A DNA stretch of 64,000 nt from an uncultured Thermoleophilia bacterium (GCA_963702475.1 CAVPCT010000002.1:320001-384000), one strand, 5' to 3'. Shown: positions 42,686 to 54,121, counted from the first letter of the stretch. Notes: a model not told the origin generated them from the letters alone. Program-made: numbers and translations.

Positions 42686-44086
42686 ATGTCATCGCAGACC
42701 GTCGAACAGCTGGCGCACATCTGCAACGCCGAGTCGGTGGCGCTCGTCGGCGCCAGCGACAAGGAGGGCAGCTTCGGACGCCTCTTCCTCGAGGGCCTCA
42801 GGGACGCCGGCTGCCGCAGGATCTACCCGGTCAACCCCAAGCGCGAGGAGATCCTCGGCATCACCGCCTACCCGAGCATCAGCGCCGTGCCGGACGAGAT
42901 CGACCTGGCCATCCTCCTCACCCCGACCGGCGTCGCGCTGGACCTGGTCAAGGAGTGCGTCGCCAACCGGGTGAAGGGCGCCGTGGTGTTCGCCTCCGGC
43001 TTCGGTGAGCTCGGCGCGGAGGGCAAGGAGCTCGAGCGCGAGATCGGCCGCGTCGGCAGGGAGGGCGGCACGCGCGTCGATCGGCCCGAACTGCATCGGC
43101 CTCTTCAACCCCAGGGCGGGCGTCATCACCTACCCGCAGGTGCTGATGAAGGGCATCCCCAGGGAGCCCGGCTCGGTCGGCGGCTTCTCGCAGAGCGGCT
43201 CGTTCGTCGACTATCTCGTGTGGTTCCTGGCCGAGAAGGGCCTGCGCTTCAGCACCATCGTGAGCTGCGGCAACGAGTGCGACCTGGCCGCCGAGGACTA
43301 CCTGGAGTACTTCGGGCAGGACGAGCAGACGAAGACGATCGTCGCCTACATGGAGGGCGTCAAGGACGGCCGCCGCTTCTTCGAGGTGGCTCGGGACGTC
43401 GGGCCGCCGGAAGCCGATCATCCTGTGGAAGGGCGGGCATGAGCGAGCACGGCGCCCGGGCCGCGGCGTCACACACCGGCGCGCTGGCCGGGTCCGCCGA
43501 GCATCTGGCGCGCGATGTTCAGGCAGACGGGCATCATCGACGTCACCAGCGTGGCGGAGGTCGTCGACTGCGCCGTGGCGTTCCACGCACCTGCCGCTGC
43601 CCAAAGGGCCGCAGAGTGGCGCGTCATCGGCGGGCAGGGCGGGACCGGCGTGGGGACGGCGGACAACTGCTACGCGCTCGGGCTGGAGCTGCCGCGCCTG
43701 CTCGGAGCAGCACGGTCGCCCGCCTGCGCGAGGTGCTGCCGCCGGTCGGCACGTCGGTCGGCAACCCGACCGACACCGGCGTGGCCTCGCTGCTCGACCC
43801 GGGCCTGTACGAGAAGGCCATCGAGATCGTCGCCGACGACGAGGGCATCGACATGATCCTCGTCATCTCGACGCCCGTGCCGGAGTGCCTCGACGCACGT
43901 GGCCGCGGCCGCCAAGGCGATCGACAAGCCGCTGGCGGTCTCCGTGTACGCCCTGCCCGAGTCGGAGCCGGAGATCTACGCGTCGCTGGGCGCCAGGGCG
44001 TGGCCGCGTACCCGGACCCGAAGCGCGCGGCCTACGTGCTCGCGCGCATGGCCGAGTACGCGAGGTTCCGTGAGAGCTCGAAGTAG
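42686..44086 (+). CDS. ADP-forming acyl-CoA synthetase alpha (CoA-binding) subunit, many frameshifts
   Basis: VALVGAS, YPVNPK, IGPNC, SQSG, SCGN, ASHTGALAG, NPTD spread over three frames. Confidence 0.85.
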   Translation: MSSQTVEQLAHICNAESVALVGASDKEGSFGRLFLEGLRDAGCRRIYPVNPKREEILGITAYPSISAVPDEIDLAILLTPTGVALDLVKECVANRVKGAVVFASGFGELGAEGKELEREIGRVGREGGTRVDRPELHRPLQPQGGRHHLPAGADEGHPQGARLGRRLLAERLVRRLSRVVPGREGPALQHHRELRQRVRPGRRGLPGVLRAGRADEDDRRLHGGRQGRPPLLRGGSGRRAAGSRSSCGRAGMSEHGARAAASHTGALAGSAEHLARDVQADGHHRRHQRGGGRRLRRGVPRTCRCPKGRRVARHRRAGRDRRGDGGQLLRARAGAAAPARSSTVARLREVLPPVGTSVGNPTDTGVASLLDPGLYEKAIEIVADDEGIDMILVISTPVPECLDARGRGRQGDRQAAGGLRVRPARVGAGDLRVAGRQGVAAYPDPKRAAYVLARMAEYARFRESSK

Positions 44087-44202
44087 CACCGCTCGGAGGC
44101 GGTGCGCCCGCTGCGGGGCGCCGCCGGCCGGCGCCCCGTCCGTCCCGACGACGGGACGGTTGGAGCGGTCGTCGCCCCAAGAAGATAGGCAGCGGGATGG
44201 TG

Positions 44203-44263
44203 TTGACTTCCCTCCGGACGAGCGGTAGTCTGCGATAACTTCGTATACGAACTCGCATTCTAG
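44203..44263 (+). promoter_or_regulatory. Promoter + tandem operator, copy 3
   Basis: TTGACT-17-TAGTCT then TTCGTATACGAA CTCGCATTCTAG. Confidence 0.85.
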
Positions 44264-44301
44264 TAGGCCTGTCGCTAGTTCCAGGGGGGTGTCGAAGCCT
44301 C

Positions 44302-44361
44302 TTGACTCTCACGCAGGCGGGCGCTACGCTCTGATACTCCGTATACGAACTCGGATACGTA
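44302..44361 (+). promoter_or_regulatory. Promoter + tandem operator, copy 4
   Basis: TTGACT-17-TACGCT then TCCGTATACGAA CTCGGATACGTA. Confidence 0.85.
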
Positions 44362-44423
44362 GTGAGGGCGCGTCCCGTCATGACCCGTGCCGACCAACAT
44401 CGACTCCGCTGCGAGGGATACAG

Positions 44424-45469
44424 ATGATCATCGACGCCAACATGCACTGGCTCCCCGAGGACCTGTTCACCGAACATCGAGCTGCGTGACGCGTTCCTCG
44501 CCTGCGTCCCCAAGGAGGAGGGCGAGCACGCCTACGTCACGCCGATGCCCGGCACCGACCTCGAGCAGATCGTGATCGCCAAGCCCGAGGGTCACGAGAA
44601 CCTGAACTACGCCGAGAACCAGTACGACCCGGCGCTGCGCGTCAAGGACATGGACGGCGCCGGCGTCGACCTCGCCGTGCTGCGTATCCCCGTGTTCCAG
44701 AGCTGGCTGCCGCTCGACCTGTGCACGCAGGTCAACGACCGGCTCGCCGCCCACGTGGCCGACTACCCGGAGCGCGTGCGCGCGCTGGCCGTGGCTCCGC
44801 CCGACGGCACCCCCGAGTGCCTGGCCGAGGTGGAGCGCGCCCTCGCCCTGCCCGGCTTCGTCGGCGTGCAGATGGCGGCCCACTACGGCAGCGATAGGAG
44901 CGGACTACCTCGACCACCCCCGCTTCCGCAGCTACTTCAAGGCGCTCGACGCCCTCGGCGTCCCGGTGGTCGTGCACCACACGCCGCTGCCGGTCGAGTG
45001 GGCGAGCCTCGTGACCTACACCAACATGCGCCGCCAGTACGGGCGCTGCGTCGACCAGGGCACGGCCGTCGGCCGCGAGATCTTCAGCGACCTCTTCGAG
45101 GAGTGCCCCAACCTGCGGCTCATCCACTCCATGCTCGGCGGCGGCTTCTTCGCCTACGCCAACATGCTGGCGCCGCGCAGCAAGAAGTCCAACGAGGAGC
45201 TGGAGCGGTTCGACCCGGCGGCCGGCGTGCGCGAGCGCCTCGAGACCAACATCTACTTCGACACGTCCGGCGCCGCCCAGTGGGGCAAGGACCAGCTCGA
45301 GTGCGCCGTCAAGGTGTTCGGCGCCGACCACATCCTGTACGGCAGCTCGTATCCCGTGCGCCGCGAGTGGTTCGCCCAGGGCATCGACTTCGTCAAGGCC
45401 CTGGACATCCCGCAGGAGAGCAAGGACCTCATCCTCGCCGGCAACGCACAGCGGATGTTCGACCTCTGA
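44424..45469 (+). CDS. Amidohydrolase_2 family protein (candidate dihydrophloroglucinol cyclohydrolase; frameshifts ~44485, ~44895)
   Basis: MIIDANMHW, DMDGAGVD, VVVHH, HSMLGG, YFDTS, ILYGSSYP, GNAQRMF. Confidence 0.85.
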
Positions 45470-45539
45470 GACTGACACGCCGGACGACGATCGGCCGCCC
45501 GGCTTGGCTGGACTGCACCTTCGGAAAAGGAGACAAGTC

Positions 45540-46694
45540 GTGAGTCATCAGTTGGGGATCCCCAAGGCAGCGCTTGATGCGCTGATTCAATTGGTGGACT
45601 ACGACGCGCAGGTCAAGCCGGGCATGGAGGTCCTCATCGGGGCCCACCTCGACGGCGCCTACGGCAGTGAGAACCTGGTGGATCCGGTGGTCGTCAGCTG
45701 GGTCCAGGCCATGGTCGCTTCGCGCGGCGCCAATTGCTCGGTCCTCTGGATCGACGAGATCATGAAGAAGCACGAGTGGCGCGTGCCGCCCATCCTCAAG
45801 GGCGCCATCACCGACGCCGATCTGTTCATCAACTTCTCTCTCGATCTGGCCATCGAGGAGAACGCGGAGTTCCGGCAGTACATCGAGAAGACGAAGACCT
45901 GGTACGTGCGCATGTTCCCCGTCACCACGGCCCTGCTGATGACCGATTGGGCGCGGACGCCGCATGAGCTCGTGGTCATGGTCCGCCACGTCAGCTCCGA
46001 TCCGTTCATGAACCACATGGCCAAGTTCGTCATGAGCGACACCAACGGCACGGAGCTCGAAGGCAACATCCTCGATCCGGTGAAGCGCGAGGGTATCCCC
46101 GGCATGCCCTACAACTCCTGGCGCAGGGACGCCAGCCACTACATCCCGTGGCCTGAGTGGGTCCACCCGCCGGTCAACTGCAAGAACGTCAACGGCGTCC
46201 TGTTCTTCGACTGCATGCTGCCCTACTGGGCGCGCTACATGGGCATCGCCCCGGCCTGGCAGGACCCGGTCCGCGTGGATGTCGTCGACAACAAGATGGT
46301 CAAGATCTCCGGCGGCAAGGAAGCCGACGCGATCAACCGCGCCCTGAAGGACCTGGAGACCAAGGTCGGCGACGGCATCTGGAAGTTCGACACCTTCCAC
46401 TTCGGCATCCACCCGAACGCGAGCGTCACGCACGACCAGTGCCCGAACGACATCTACAGGCGGATCATCGAGCACTCGCACCCCTCCAACATGCATTGGC
46501 ACCTCGGTTCGGCGCCGGCCAACGAGAACTACAACTTCTATCCTCACGTCACTGCCGACATCCGCAACTGCACCCTCAAGATCGCCGACGAGCTCGTGTG
46601 GGACAACGGCTACATGCTGTGCCAGCAGGACCCGAGAGTGCTCGAGGTCGCTGCCAAGTACCCCGATCTCCCCGGCATTCCCGAGCGGGTCTAG
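45540..46694 (+). CDS. Unknown metalloenzyme, peptidase M29/NicX-like fold
   Basis: AAGGAG RBS; VKPGMEVLI, NGTEL, VNGVLFFD, ISGGKEA, FHFGIHP, HWHLG, HVT. Confidence 0.6.
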   Translation: MSHQLGIPKAALDALIQLVDYDAQVKPGMEVLIGAHLDGAYGSENLVDPVVVSWVQAMVASRGANCSVLWIDEIMKKHEWRVPPILKGAITDADLFINFSLDLAIEENAEFRQYIEKTKTWYVRMFPVTTALLMTDWARTPHELVVMVRHVSSDPFMNHMAKFVMSDTNGTELEGNILDPVKREGIPGMPYNSWRRDASHYIPWPEWVHPPVNCKNVNGVLFFDCMLPYWARYMGIAPAWQDPVRVDVVDNKMVKISGGKEADAINRALKDLETKVGDGIWKFDTFHFGIHPNASVTHDQCPNDIYRRIIEHSHPSNMHWHLGSAPANENYNFYPHVTADIRNCTLKIADELVWDNGYMLCQQDPRVLEVAAKYPDLPGIPERV

Positions 46695-46724
46695 GCGATC
46701 GAGCGACAGACAGGAGAAGAAGGT

Positions 46725-47910
46725 ATGAGCAGGCTGATCGCCTACATCGGGCGCAACCACGTGGGCGGCTTCAAGGGCGGCGGCATCGACATCCTCGAGA
46801 TCAGCGAGGACGGCAGCAGCATCACCCCGCTGCCCGGCGGCGCCGTGGACATGCCGAAGCGGGCGGGCTACCTCGCCTACGCGCCCAAGGCGGGCGTCCT
46901 CTACTCGGTCGACGAGCGGAAGACCGACGGACGCGGCCCCAAGCAGCCGGCCTCGTCCGTGATGGCGTTCAAGGTGGACCAGGAGACCGGCGCGCTGACC
47001 TTCCTGAACCAGCAGCCCACCGTGGGGGCCATGCCGGCCTCCATCACGGTGGACGAGGACAAGAGGCTCCTCTGGACCGCCAACCACGGCTTCTTCGACC
47101 ACGTGGTCAAGGCGGTCCAGCTCGCCGACGGCACGTGGGTCGAGAAGTTCGAGTACGACGACTCGACGGTGGTCCAGTACGGCCTGAACGACGACGGCTC
47201 CATCGGCCCGGTCCAGGACGTGCACGTGCTGACCGGCTACGGCACCGACCCGAACGACTCGCCGCAGGGCGGCGGCCACGCGCAGGCCAGCCCTCACGCG
47301 CACATCGTCGTGATCGACCCGTCGGGCAAGTTCATGGTGGCGTGCGAGAAGGCCGGGCGAGCGCATCTACGTCTACCGCATCGGCGGCAAGAGACTGGAG
47401 CTCGCCTCCGTCTACCAGTGCCCGGCGGGCACCGGCCCCCGGCACGTCGCGTTCCACAAGGACACGGGCCGCATGTTCATGACGTGCGAGTTCTCGTCCG
47501 AGCTCTGGTCCTTCGACTTCGACGGCGAGACCGGCGTGCTGAGCTTCATCGACAAGCAGTCGACGCTCGACGGGTTCACGGGCCGCAACGAGACGGCCAC
47601 CGTGCAGGTGCACCCGAGCGGCCGCTTCGTGTACATGAACAACCGCGGCCAGGACGACGTCGTCTGGTTCACCGTCTCCGACGACGGCCATCTCACGAAG
47701 TCCGGACGGGTCGAGCTGAGCCGGTGCGAGGATCCCAAGGACGCGACGCGGGCGATGACGCTCTCGCCGTCCGGCGCGTTCCTGCTCGTCCCGGACCGCC
47801 CGGCGGACATCGTCCGGGCGTACGCAGTGGACCCGGACGACGGGAGCCTGAAGGCCGTGGCCGAAGTCCCGGTCGAGAACCCGGTCTTCATCCAGTTCGT
47901 CGAGCTCTGA
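46725..47910 (+). CDS. Lactonase, 7-bladed beta-propeller (Pgl/YbhE family; frameshift ~47358)
   Basis: ANH, PHAH...DPSGKF, GTGPRHVAFH, HPSGRFVYMNNRGQD. Confidence 0.85.
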
Positions 47911-47924
47911 GCCGGTCTGACCAC

Positions 47925-47971
47925 GTCGCTCCCGGCCCCCATGGGGGTGCCCCGTGGGGGCCGGGAGCGAC
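47925..47971 (+). terminator. Long GC hairpin after lactonase
   Basis: GTCGCTCCCGGCCCCCA...TGGGGGCCGGGAGCGAC. Confidence 0.6.
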
Positions 47972-48180
47972 GGCCGGACCGGACCTCTCCTCCGCCGCCG
48001 GCGGAGGGCGGGCACGCGCCGATCAGAGGCCCCGGAGGCTTCGCAGCCACCAGGAGCCTCTGATGGGCGGCATCTCCGCCCTGGTCCCGGCAATCGGGTG
48101 AGGGATGGATCCGAACCAGTGAGCACGCGACTTCACACGACGAACGACAGCCTGCGAGGTGCACGAGAGGTGGTTGTCCT

Positions 48181-50722
48181 ATGAGCGAGGAGCAGGTCTT
48201 CACCCAGTGCACGGTCGGCGGGCCGGTGCGCGTGTACGTCGAGGACGGCGTCATCAAGCGGATGCGCCCCATCATCTTCGATGAGGACGACGCCGCGTCC
48301 TGGACGATCGAGGCGCGCGGCCGGAAGTTCACGCCGCCGCGCAAGACCACCCTGCAGAGCTACGAGGTGCCCGAGCGGACGCGCGTCTACACGAACCGCA
48401 TCCAGTACCCGCTGAAGCGCAAGAACTTCGACCCGAACGGCGAGCGGCATCCCGAGCTGCGCGGCAAGGACGAGTACGTGCGCATCTCCTGGGACGAGGC
48501 CCTCGACCTCGTGGCCGGTGAGATCACCCGCATCCGCGAGACCCACGGTCCCGCGGCCATCACCGCCATGACCCCGTCCCACCAGAACTGGGGCTTCCTG
48601 CACTACAAGCTCGGCCCGCTCGGGCGCTTCTTCAACATCCTCGGCTACAGCCAGTGCCTGGACAATCCCGACAGCTGGGAGGGCTGGCACTGGGGCGCCA
48701 CCCACGCCTGGGGCTACTGGTGGCGCCTGGGCCACTGCGAGCAGTCCGAGCTCCTGCAGGACGCGCTCAAGCACACCGAGCAGGTCATCTTCTGGTCGGT
48801 GGACCCCAACAGCACCTCCTACATGTACAGCGGCCAGGAGAACCTCATCTGGCGCCACTGGATGAAGGAGCTCGGCATCCAGTTCGTGGTCATCGACCCG
48901 TACGACAACTGCACCGCGAGCACCATGGGCGACAAGTGGATCGCGCCGCGCCCGGGCACCGACGCGGCGCTGGCCCAGGCGATCGGCTACGTGTGGCTCA
49001 CCGAGGACACCTACGACCACTTCTTCGTCGAGAACCGCACCTACGGCTTCGACGAGTGGAAGCAGTACATCCTGGGCGAGGGCGAGGACGGCACGCCCAA
49101 GACGCCGGAGTGGGCCGCCGCCATCTGCGACGTGCCGGCCCACACCATCAGGGCGCTGGCGCGCGAGTGGGCGGCCAAGAAGACCATGCTGGCCGTGGCC
49201 AGCATCTTCGGCGCCACCGGCGCCTGCCGCCAGGCCTACGCCACCGAGTGGACCCGGCTGTGCATCTACCTCATGTCCATGCAGGGCTTCGGCAAGCCGG
49301 GCGTCAACTTCTGGGGCGGCACCGGCAAGGGCGCGCCGCTGGACATGGGCTTCCACATGTTCGGCTACTCGGACAACGGCTGGGACGCCTTCGGCACCGT
49401 GGCCGAGAAGGCCTACTTCCCCGAGGGCAACACGGTCACCCAGAAGACCTACCGCCACCTGCTGCCGGACATCGTCATGGACCCGCCGGTGAGCTGGATC
49501 GGCGAGGGCTTCTGCGGCCAGAGCATCGAGCAGCAGTTCCGCCCCTTCACCTGCCCGGAGGAGGGGCCGGACGGCGCCCCCATCAAGATGATCCACCGCC
49601 AGGGCGGGTCGTTCATCAGCACGATGAGCGAGACCAACAAGTGGGTGCGGATGTACCAGCACCCCAACCTCGAGTTCGTCGTGATGCAGGACTGCCACTG
49701 GTCCAGCGAGACCAGGTTCGGCGACGTCATCCTGCCGGTGAGCACCAACTTCGAGCACTCCGACCTCTCGGAGTGGGGAGCCGCCGGCGGCTACGGCTTC
49801 AACGACTTCAACAGCAACCACCGCATCTGCATCTACCAGCACAAGTGCATCGAGCCGCTCTGGGAGTCCAAGCCCGACTACGAGATCTACACGCTCCTCG
49901 CGGCGCGGCTGGGCTTCGAGGAGGAGTACACGGAGGGCAACAGCATCGAGGACTGGAACCGCATCGTCTTCGACAAGTCCGACCTGCCCAAGTACGTCAC
50001 CTACGAGGAGTTCAAGGAGAAGGGCTACTTCGTGGTGCCGGCCAGGCCGGACGACGAGGAGCCGGTCGTCTCCTTCCGCTGGTTCTACGAGGGCACGGAC
50101 GCGGCGGTGCCGTCGGAGATGAGGACCCCGCCCGGCCCGCCGCGACAACGGCTCCGACCTGGCCACCCCGAGCGGCAAGGTGGAGTTCGTCTCGCAGACC
50201 CTCACGGCGTTCGACCCGGACGACGAGGAACGGCCGCCCATGGCGCGCTACATCCCGAGCTGGGAGGGCTACGACACCGAGGGCCTGGTCGAGAAGTGGC
50301 CGCTGCAGATGGTCTCGCCGCACCCGCGGTTCTCGTACCACACGCACAACGACAACAAGAGCCTCTGGCTGGACGACATCCCGCAGCACCGGGTCAAGAT
50401 CGACGGCTACGCCTACTGGCCGGTGCGCATCAACCCGGCGGACGCGGCGGCTCGCGGCATCAAGCACCACGACCTGGTGAAGGTCTTCAACGACCGCGGC
50501 GCCGTCATCTGCGCGGCGATCGTGACCGAGCGGATGCGGCCCGGCGTCGTCCACTCCTACGAGGCGGGCGCGAAGTACGACCCGCTGGAGCCCGGCAAGC
50601 CCGGCAGCCCCGACCGGGGCGGCTGCGTGAACCTGCTGACGCCCTCGAGGATGGTCTCCAGGAACGCGCCGGGCGAGGCGCAGAACTCCTGCCTGGTCGA
50701 GGTGGCCAGGTGGGACGGCTAG
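48181..50722 (+). CDS. AthL-family Mo-bisPGD large subunit 2 (frameshift ~50135)
   Basis: GGPVRVYVEDG, DNPDSWEGWHWG, KTPEWA, SPHPRFSYHT, DRGGCVNLL. Confidence 0.9.
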
Positions 50723-50743
50723 GCGAGGAGGTGAGAGAACTTC

Positions 50744-53282
50744 ATGGCAGAGCAGGAATTCATCAACTGCTGCATCGGCGGCATGGTCAAGGTCACCGTC
50801 GAGGACGGCGTGATCAAGCGCATGCGCCCTCTGCGTCTGACCGAAGAGGACGGCGGCCGCTGGACGCATCGAGGCCAAGGGCAAGCGGTTCACCGACCCG
50901 CGCAAGACCACGATCAACCCGTTCAACATCGCCGAGCGCACGCGCGTGTACGCGGAGAACCGCATCAAGTACCCGATGAAGCGCAAGAACTTCGACCCCG
51001 AACGGCGAGCGGCACCCCGAGCTGCGCGGCAAGGACGAGTACGTGCGCATCACCTGGGACGAGGCGCTGGACCTGGTCACCAGCGAGATCACGCGCGTGC
51101 GCGAGACCTACGGCCCGGCGGCCATCACCGCCTTCGTCTCGCTCGCACCACAACTACGGGCTGCTGTACTACAAGATGGGCCCCATGCCGCGCTTCTACA
51201 ACATCCTCGGCTACACCCAGCTCCTGGACAATCCGGACAGCTGGGAGGGCTGGCACTGGGGCAGCATGCACACCTGGGGCTGGTACTGGCGGTTCGGCCA
51301 GTGCGACTGCTTCGACATGCTGGCCGAGGCGCTCAAGAACACCGAGCAGCTCATCTACTGGTCGGTGGACCCCAACACCTCGGCCGGCGGCTACGGCGGC
51401 CAGGAGACCGTGATCTGGCGCGAGTGGCTGCGCGAGCTGGGCGTCGGCGCCATCTTCATCGACCCCTACTGCAACGCGACCGCCGCGCACATGGCCGACA
51501 AGTGGCTCGCGCCGCGGCCCGGCACCGACGCGGCGCTGGCGCAGGCGATCGCCTGGCAGTGGATCGTGGACGACACCTACGACCACTGGTTCATCGAGAA
51601 CCGCACCGTCTACTTCGACGAGTGGAAGGACTACATCCTCGGCAAGGTCGACGGCGTGCCCAAGACGCCCGAGTGGGCGGCCCCCATCTGCGACATCCCG
51701 GCGCACACCATCAAGGCGGTGGCCAGGCAGTGGATGTGCAAGAAGACGATGCTGGCCACCGGGTCCATGTACGGCACCGCCGGGGCCTGCCGCAACTCGT
51801 TCGCCACCGAGTGGGCCAGCCTCATGATCCACCTGGCCGCGATGATGGGCATCGGCAAGGAGGGCGTGAACATCTGGGGCGGAGCCGCTCACGGCGCTCC
51901 GCTGGACATGCGCTTCAAGAGCGCCGGCTACTCCGACTGCGGCTGGGACGTCTTCGGCCTGGTGGCCGAGCAGCCCACCTTCCCCGACCGCAACTCGGTC
52001 ACGCAGAAGGTGTACCGGCTCAGCCTGCCGGAGGCGATCCTCGACGGCCACATCGAGTGGTACGGCGAGGGCTTCTGCGTGCAGTACCCCGAGCAGCAGT
52101 TCAAGCCCATGCAGTACCCCGAGCCCGGCCCGAACGGCGCCGAGATCAAGATGATCCACCGCCACGGCGGCTCGTTCATCAGCACCATGAGCGACACCAG
52201 CAAGTGGGTGCGCATGTACCAGAGCCCCAAGCTGGAGTTCGTGGTGATGCAGGACTGCCACTGGCAGAGCGAGACGAAGTTCGGCGACGTGATCCTGCCG
52301 GCCTCCACCAACTTCGAGCACAACGACATCTCGGAGTGGGCGCAGCCGGGCGGCTACGGCAACGGCAACGTCAACTGCAACCACCGCATCCTGATGTACC
52401 AGCAGAAGTGCATCGAGCCGCTGTGGGAGTCCAAGCCGGACTACCAGATCTACTGCGAGCTGGCCGAGCGCCTGGGCTTCCTCGAGGAGTACACCGAGGG
52501 CAACTCGGAAGAGGACTGGATCAAGAAGGTCTTCGCGATCACCGACCTGCCCAAGCACCTCACCTACGAGGAGTTCAAGGAGAAGGGCTACTTCGTGGTG
52601 CCGTCGGTGCCCGACGACTACGAGCCCACGATCTCCAACCAGTGGTACTACGAGGGACGCCCGGTCGACACGCCGGACAGGTTCAACCCGCTGGCCGACA
52701 CCGAGCACGCCACCGAGATGGCCACCCCCTCGGGCAAGATCGAGTTCAAGCGGACCATCCTCGAGAAGTACTTCCCCGACGACGAGGAGCGGCCGATCAT
52801 GCCGCGCTACATCCCGCTGTACGAGGGGCACGAGACCACCGGGCCTCGTGGACAAGTACCCGCTCATCATCATGACGCCGCACGCCAAGTTCTCGTACCA
52901 CACGCACCAGGACAACAAGATCCAGTGGCTCAACGACATCAGGCAGCACCGGATCATCAAGGACGGCTACCCGTACTGGCCGATGCGCCTGAACCCGGGT
53001 GACGCCGAGGAGCGGGGCATCAAGGACGGCGACATCGTCGAGGTCTACAACGACCGCGCCAGGGTGCTCGGCGTGGCCCTGGTGACCGAGCGCTGCCGCC
53101 CGGGCCTGGTGCACTCCTACCAGGCCGGCGCCAAGTACGACCCGCTCGAGCCCGGCAACGCCGACAGCGTGGACAGAGGCGGGTGCGTCAACCTGCTGTC
53201 GCCGTCTCGCTACACCAGCAAGAACGCCTGCGGCGAGGCCAACATGTCCTATCTCGTCGAAGTCCGCAAGTGGGAGGCCTGA
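50744..53282 (+). CDS. AthL-family Mo-bisPGD large subunit 3 (frameshifts ~50866, 50998, 51140, 52843)
   Basis: Close paralog of subunit 2; DNPDSWEGWHWG, TPHAKFSYHT, DRGGCVNLL. Confidence 0.9.
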
Positions 53283-53284
53283 CA

Positions 53285-54115
53285 ATGACCCGGTATGGGA
53301 TGGTGATCGACGTCGACAGGTGCGTGGGGTGCTACAACTGCTTCCTCACCTGCCGCGACGAGTACGCCGGCAACGCGTACCCCGGCTACTCCGCCCCTCA
53401 GCCGATGAGCGGCATGGACTGGATGAAGGTCAACGAGATCGAGCGCGGGCAGTACCCGCACGTCAAGGTCGACCACGTGCCCGTGACCTGCGCGCACTGC
53501 GACTCCGCCGTCTGCGTCACCCTGGACCAGACCGGGGCCATCTCACCGGCGCGCGGACGGCATCGTGCTGATCGACCCGGAGAAGGCCAAGGGCAACAAG
53601 GGCCTGGTGGCGCTGTGCCCGTATCGCCAGATCGAGTGGAACGAGGAGCTCCAGCTGGCGCAGAAGTGCACCCTGTGCGCGCACCTGCTGGACGCGGGCG
53701 ACCCGGAGCCCCGCTGCGTGGAGTCCTGCCCGAGCGGGGCGATCGATCTTCGGCGACCTCGACGACCCCAGCAGCAAGGTCGCCGCGCTGGTGGCCTCGG
53801 GGACCGAGGTCGATTCACCCCGAGTACGCGATGGGCGAGAAGGTCACGTACAAGGGCCTGCCCAAGAAGTTCGTCGCCGGCACCGTCGTCTACGGCGACG
53901 TGGACGAGGTCGCCGCCGGGATCGACGTGGTGCTGACCGGCGACGGCGTGAGCGAGACCATGAAGACCAACGGCTTCGGCGACTTCGAGTTCGACGGCCT
54001 CGCGGACGCCGCCACCTACACGGTCACCGTCGAGGCGCCGGGCTACGCGCCCGCCACCCTGAAGGCCACGACGCGCAGGGACCTCTACCTGGGCGAGATC
54101 GTCCTGCAGAAGTAG
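53285..54115 (+). CDS. Transhydroxylase-type small Fe-S subunit with C-terminal beta-sandwich (three frameshifts)
   Basis: CVGCYNCFLTC, CAHC...C, CPY, KCTLCAH, PRCVESCP, TNGFGDFEFDGL. Confidence 0.88.
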   Translation: MTRYGMVIDVDRCVGCYNCFLTCRDEYAGNAYPGYSAPQPMSGMDWMKVNEIERGQYPHVKVDHVPVTCAHCDSAVCVTLDQTGAISPARGRHRADRPGEGQGQQGPGGAVPVSPDRVERGAPAGAEVHPVRAPAGRGRPGAPLRGVLPERGDRSSATSTTPAARSPRWWPRGPRSIHPEYAMGEKVTYKGLPKKFVAGTVVYGDVDEVAAGIDVVLTGDGVSETMKTNGFGDFEFDGLADAATYTVTVEAPGYAPATLKATTRRDLYLGEIVLQK

Positions 54116-54121
54116 GCCGGC

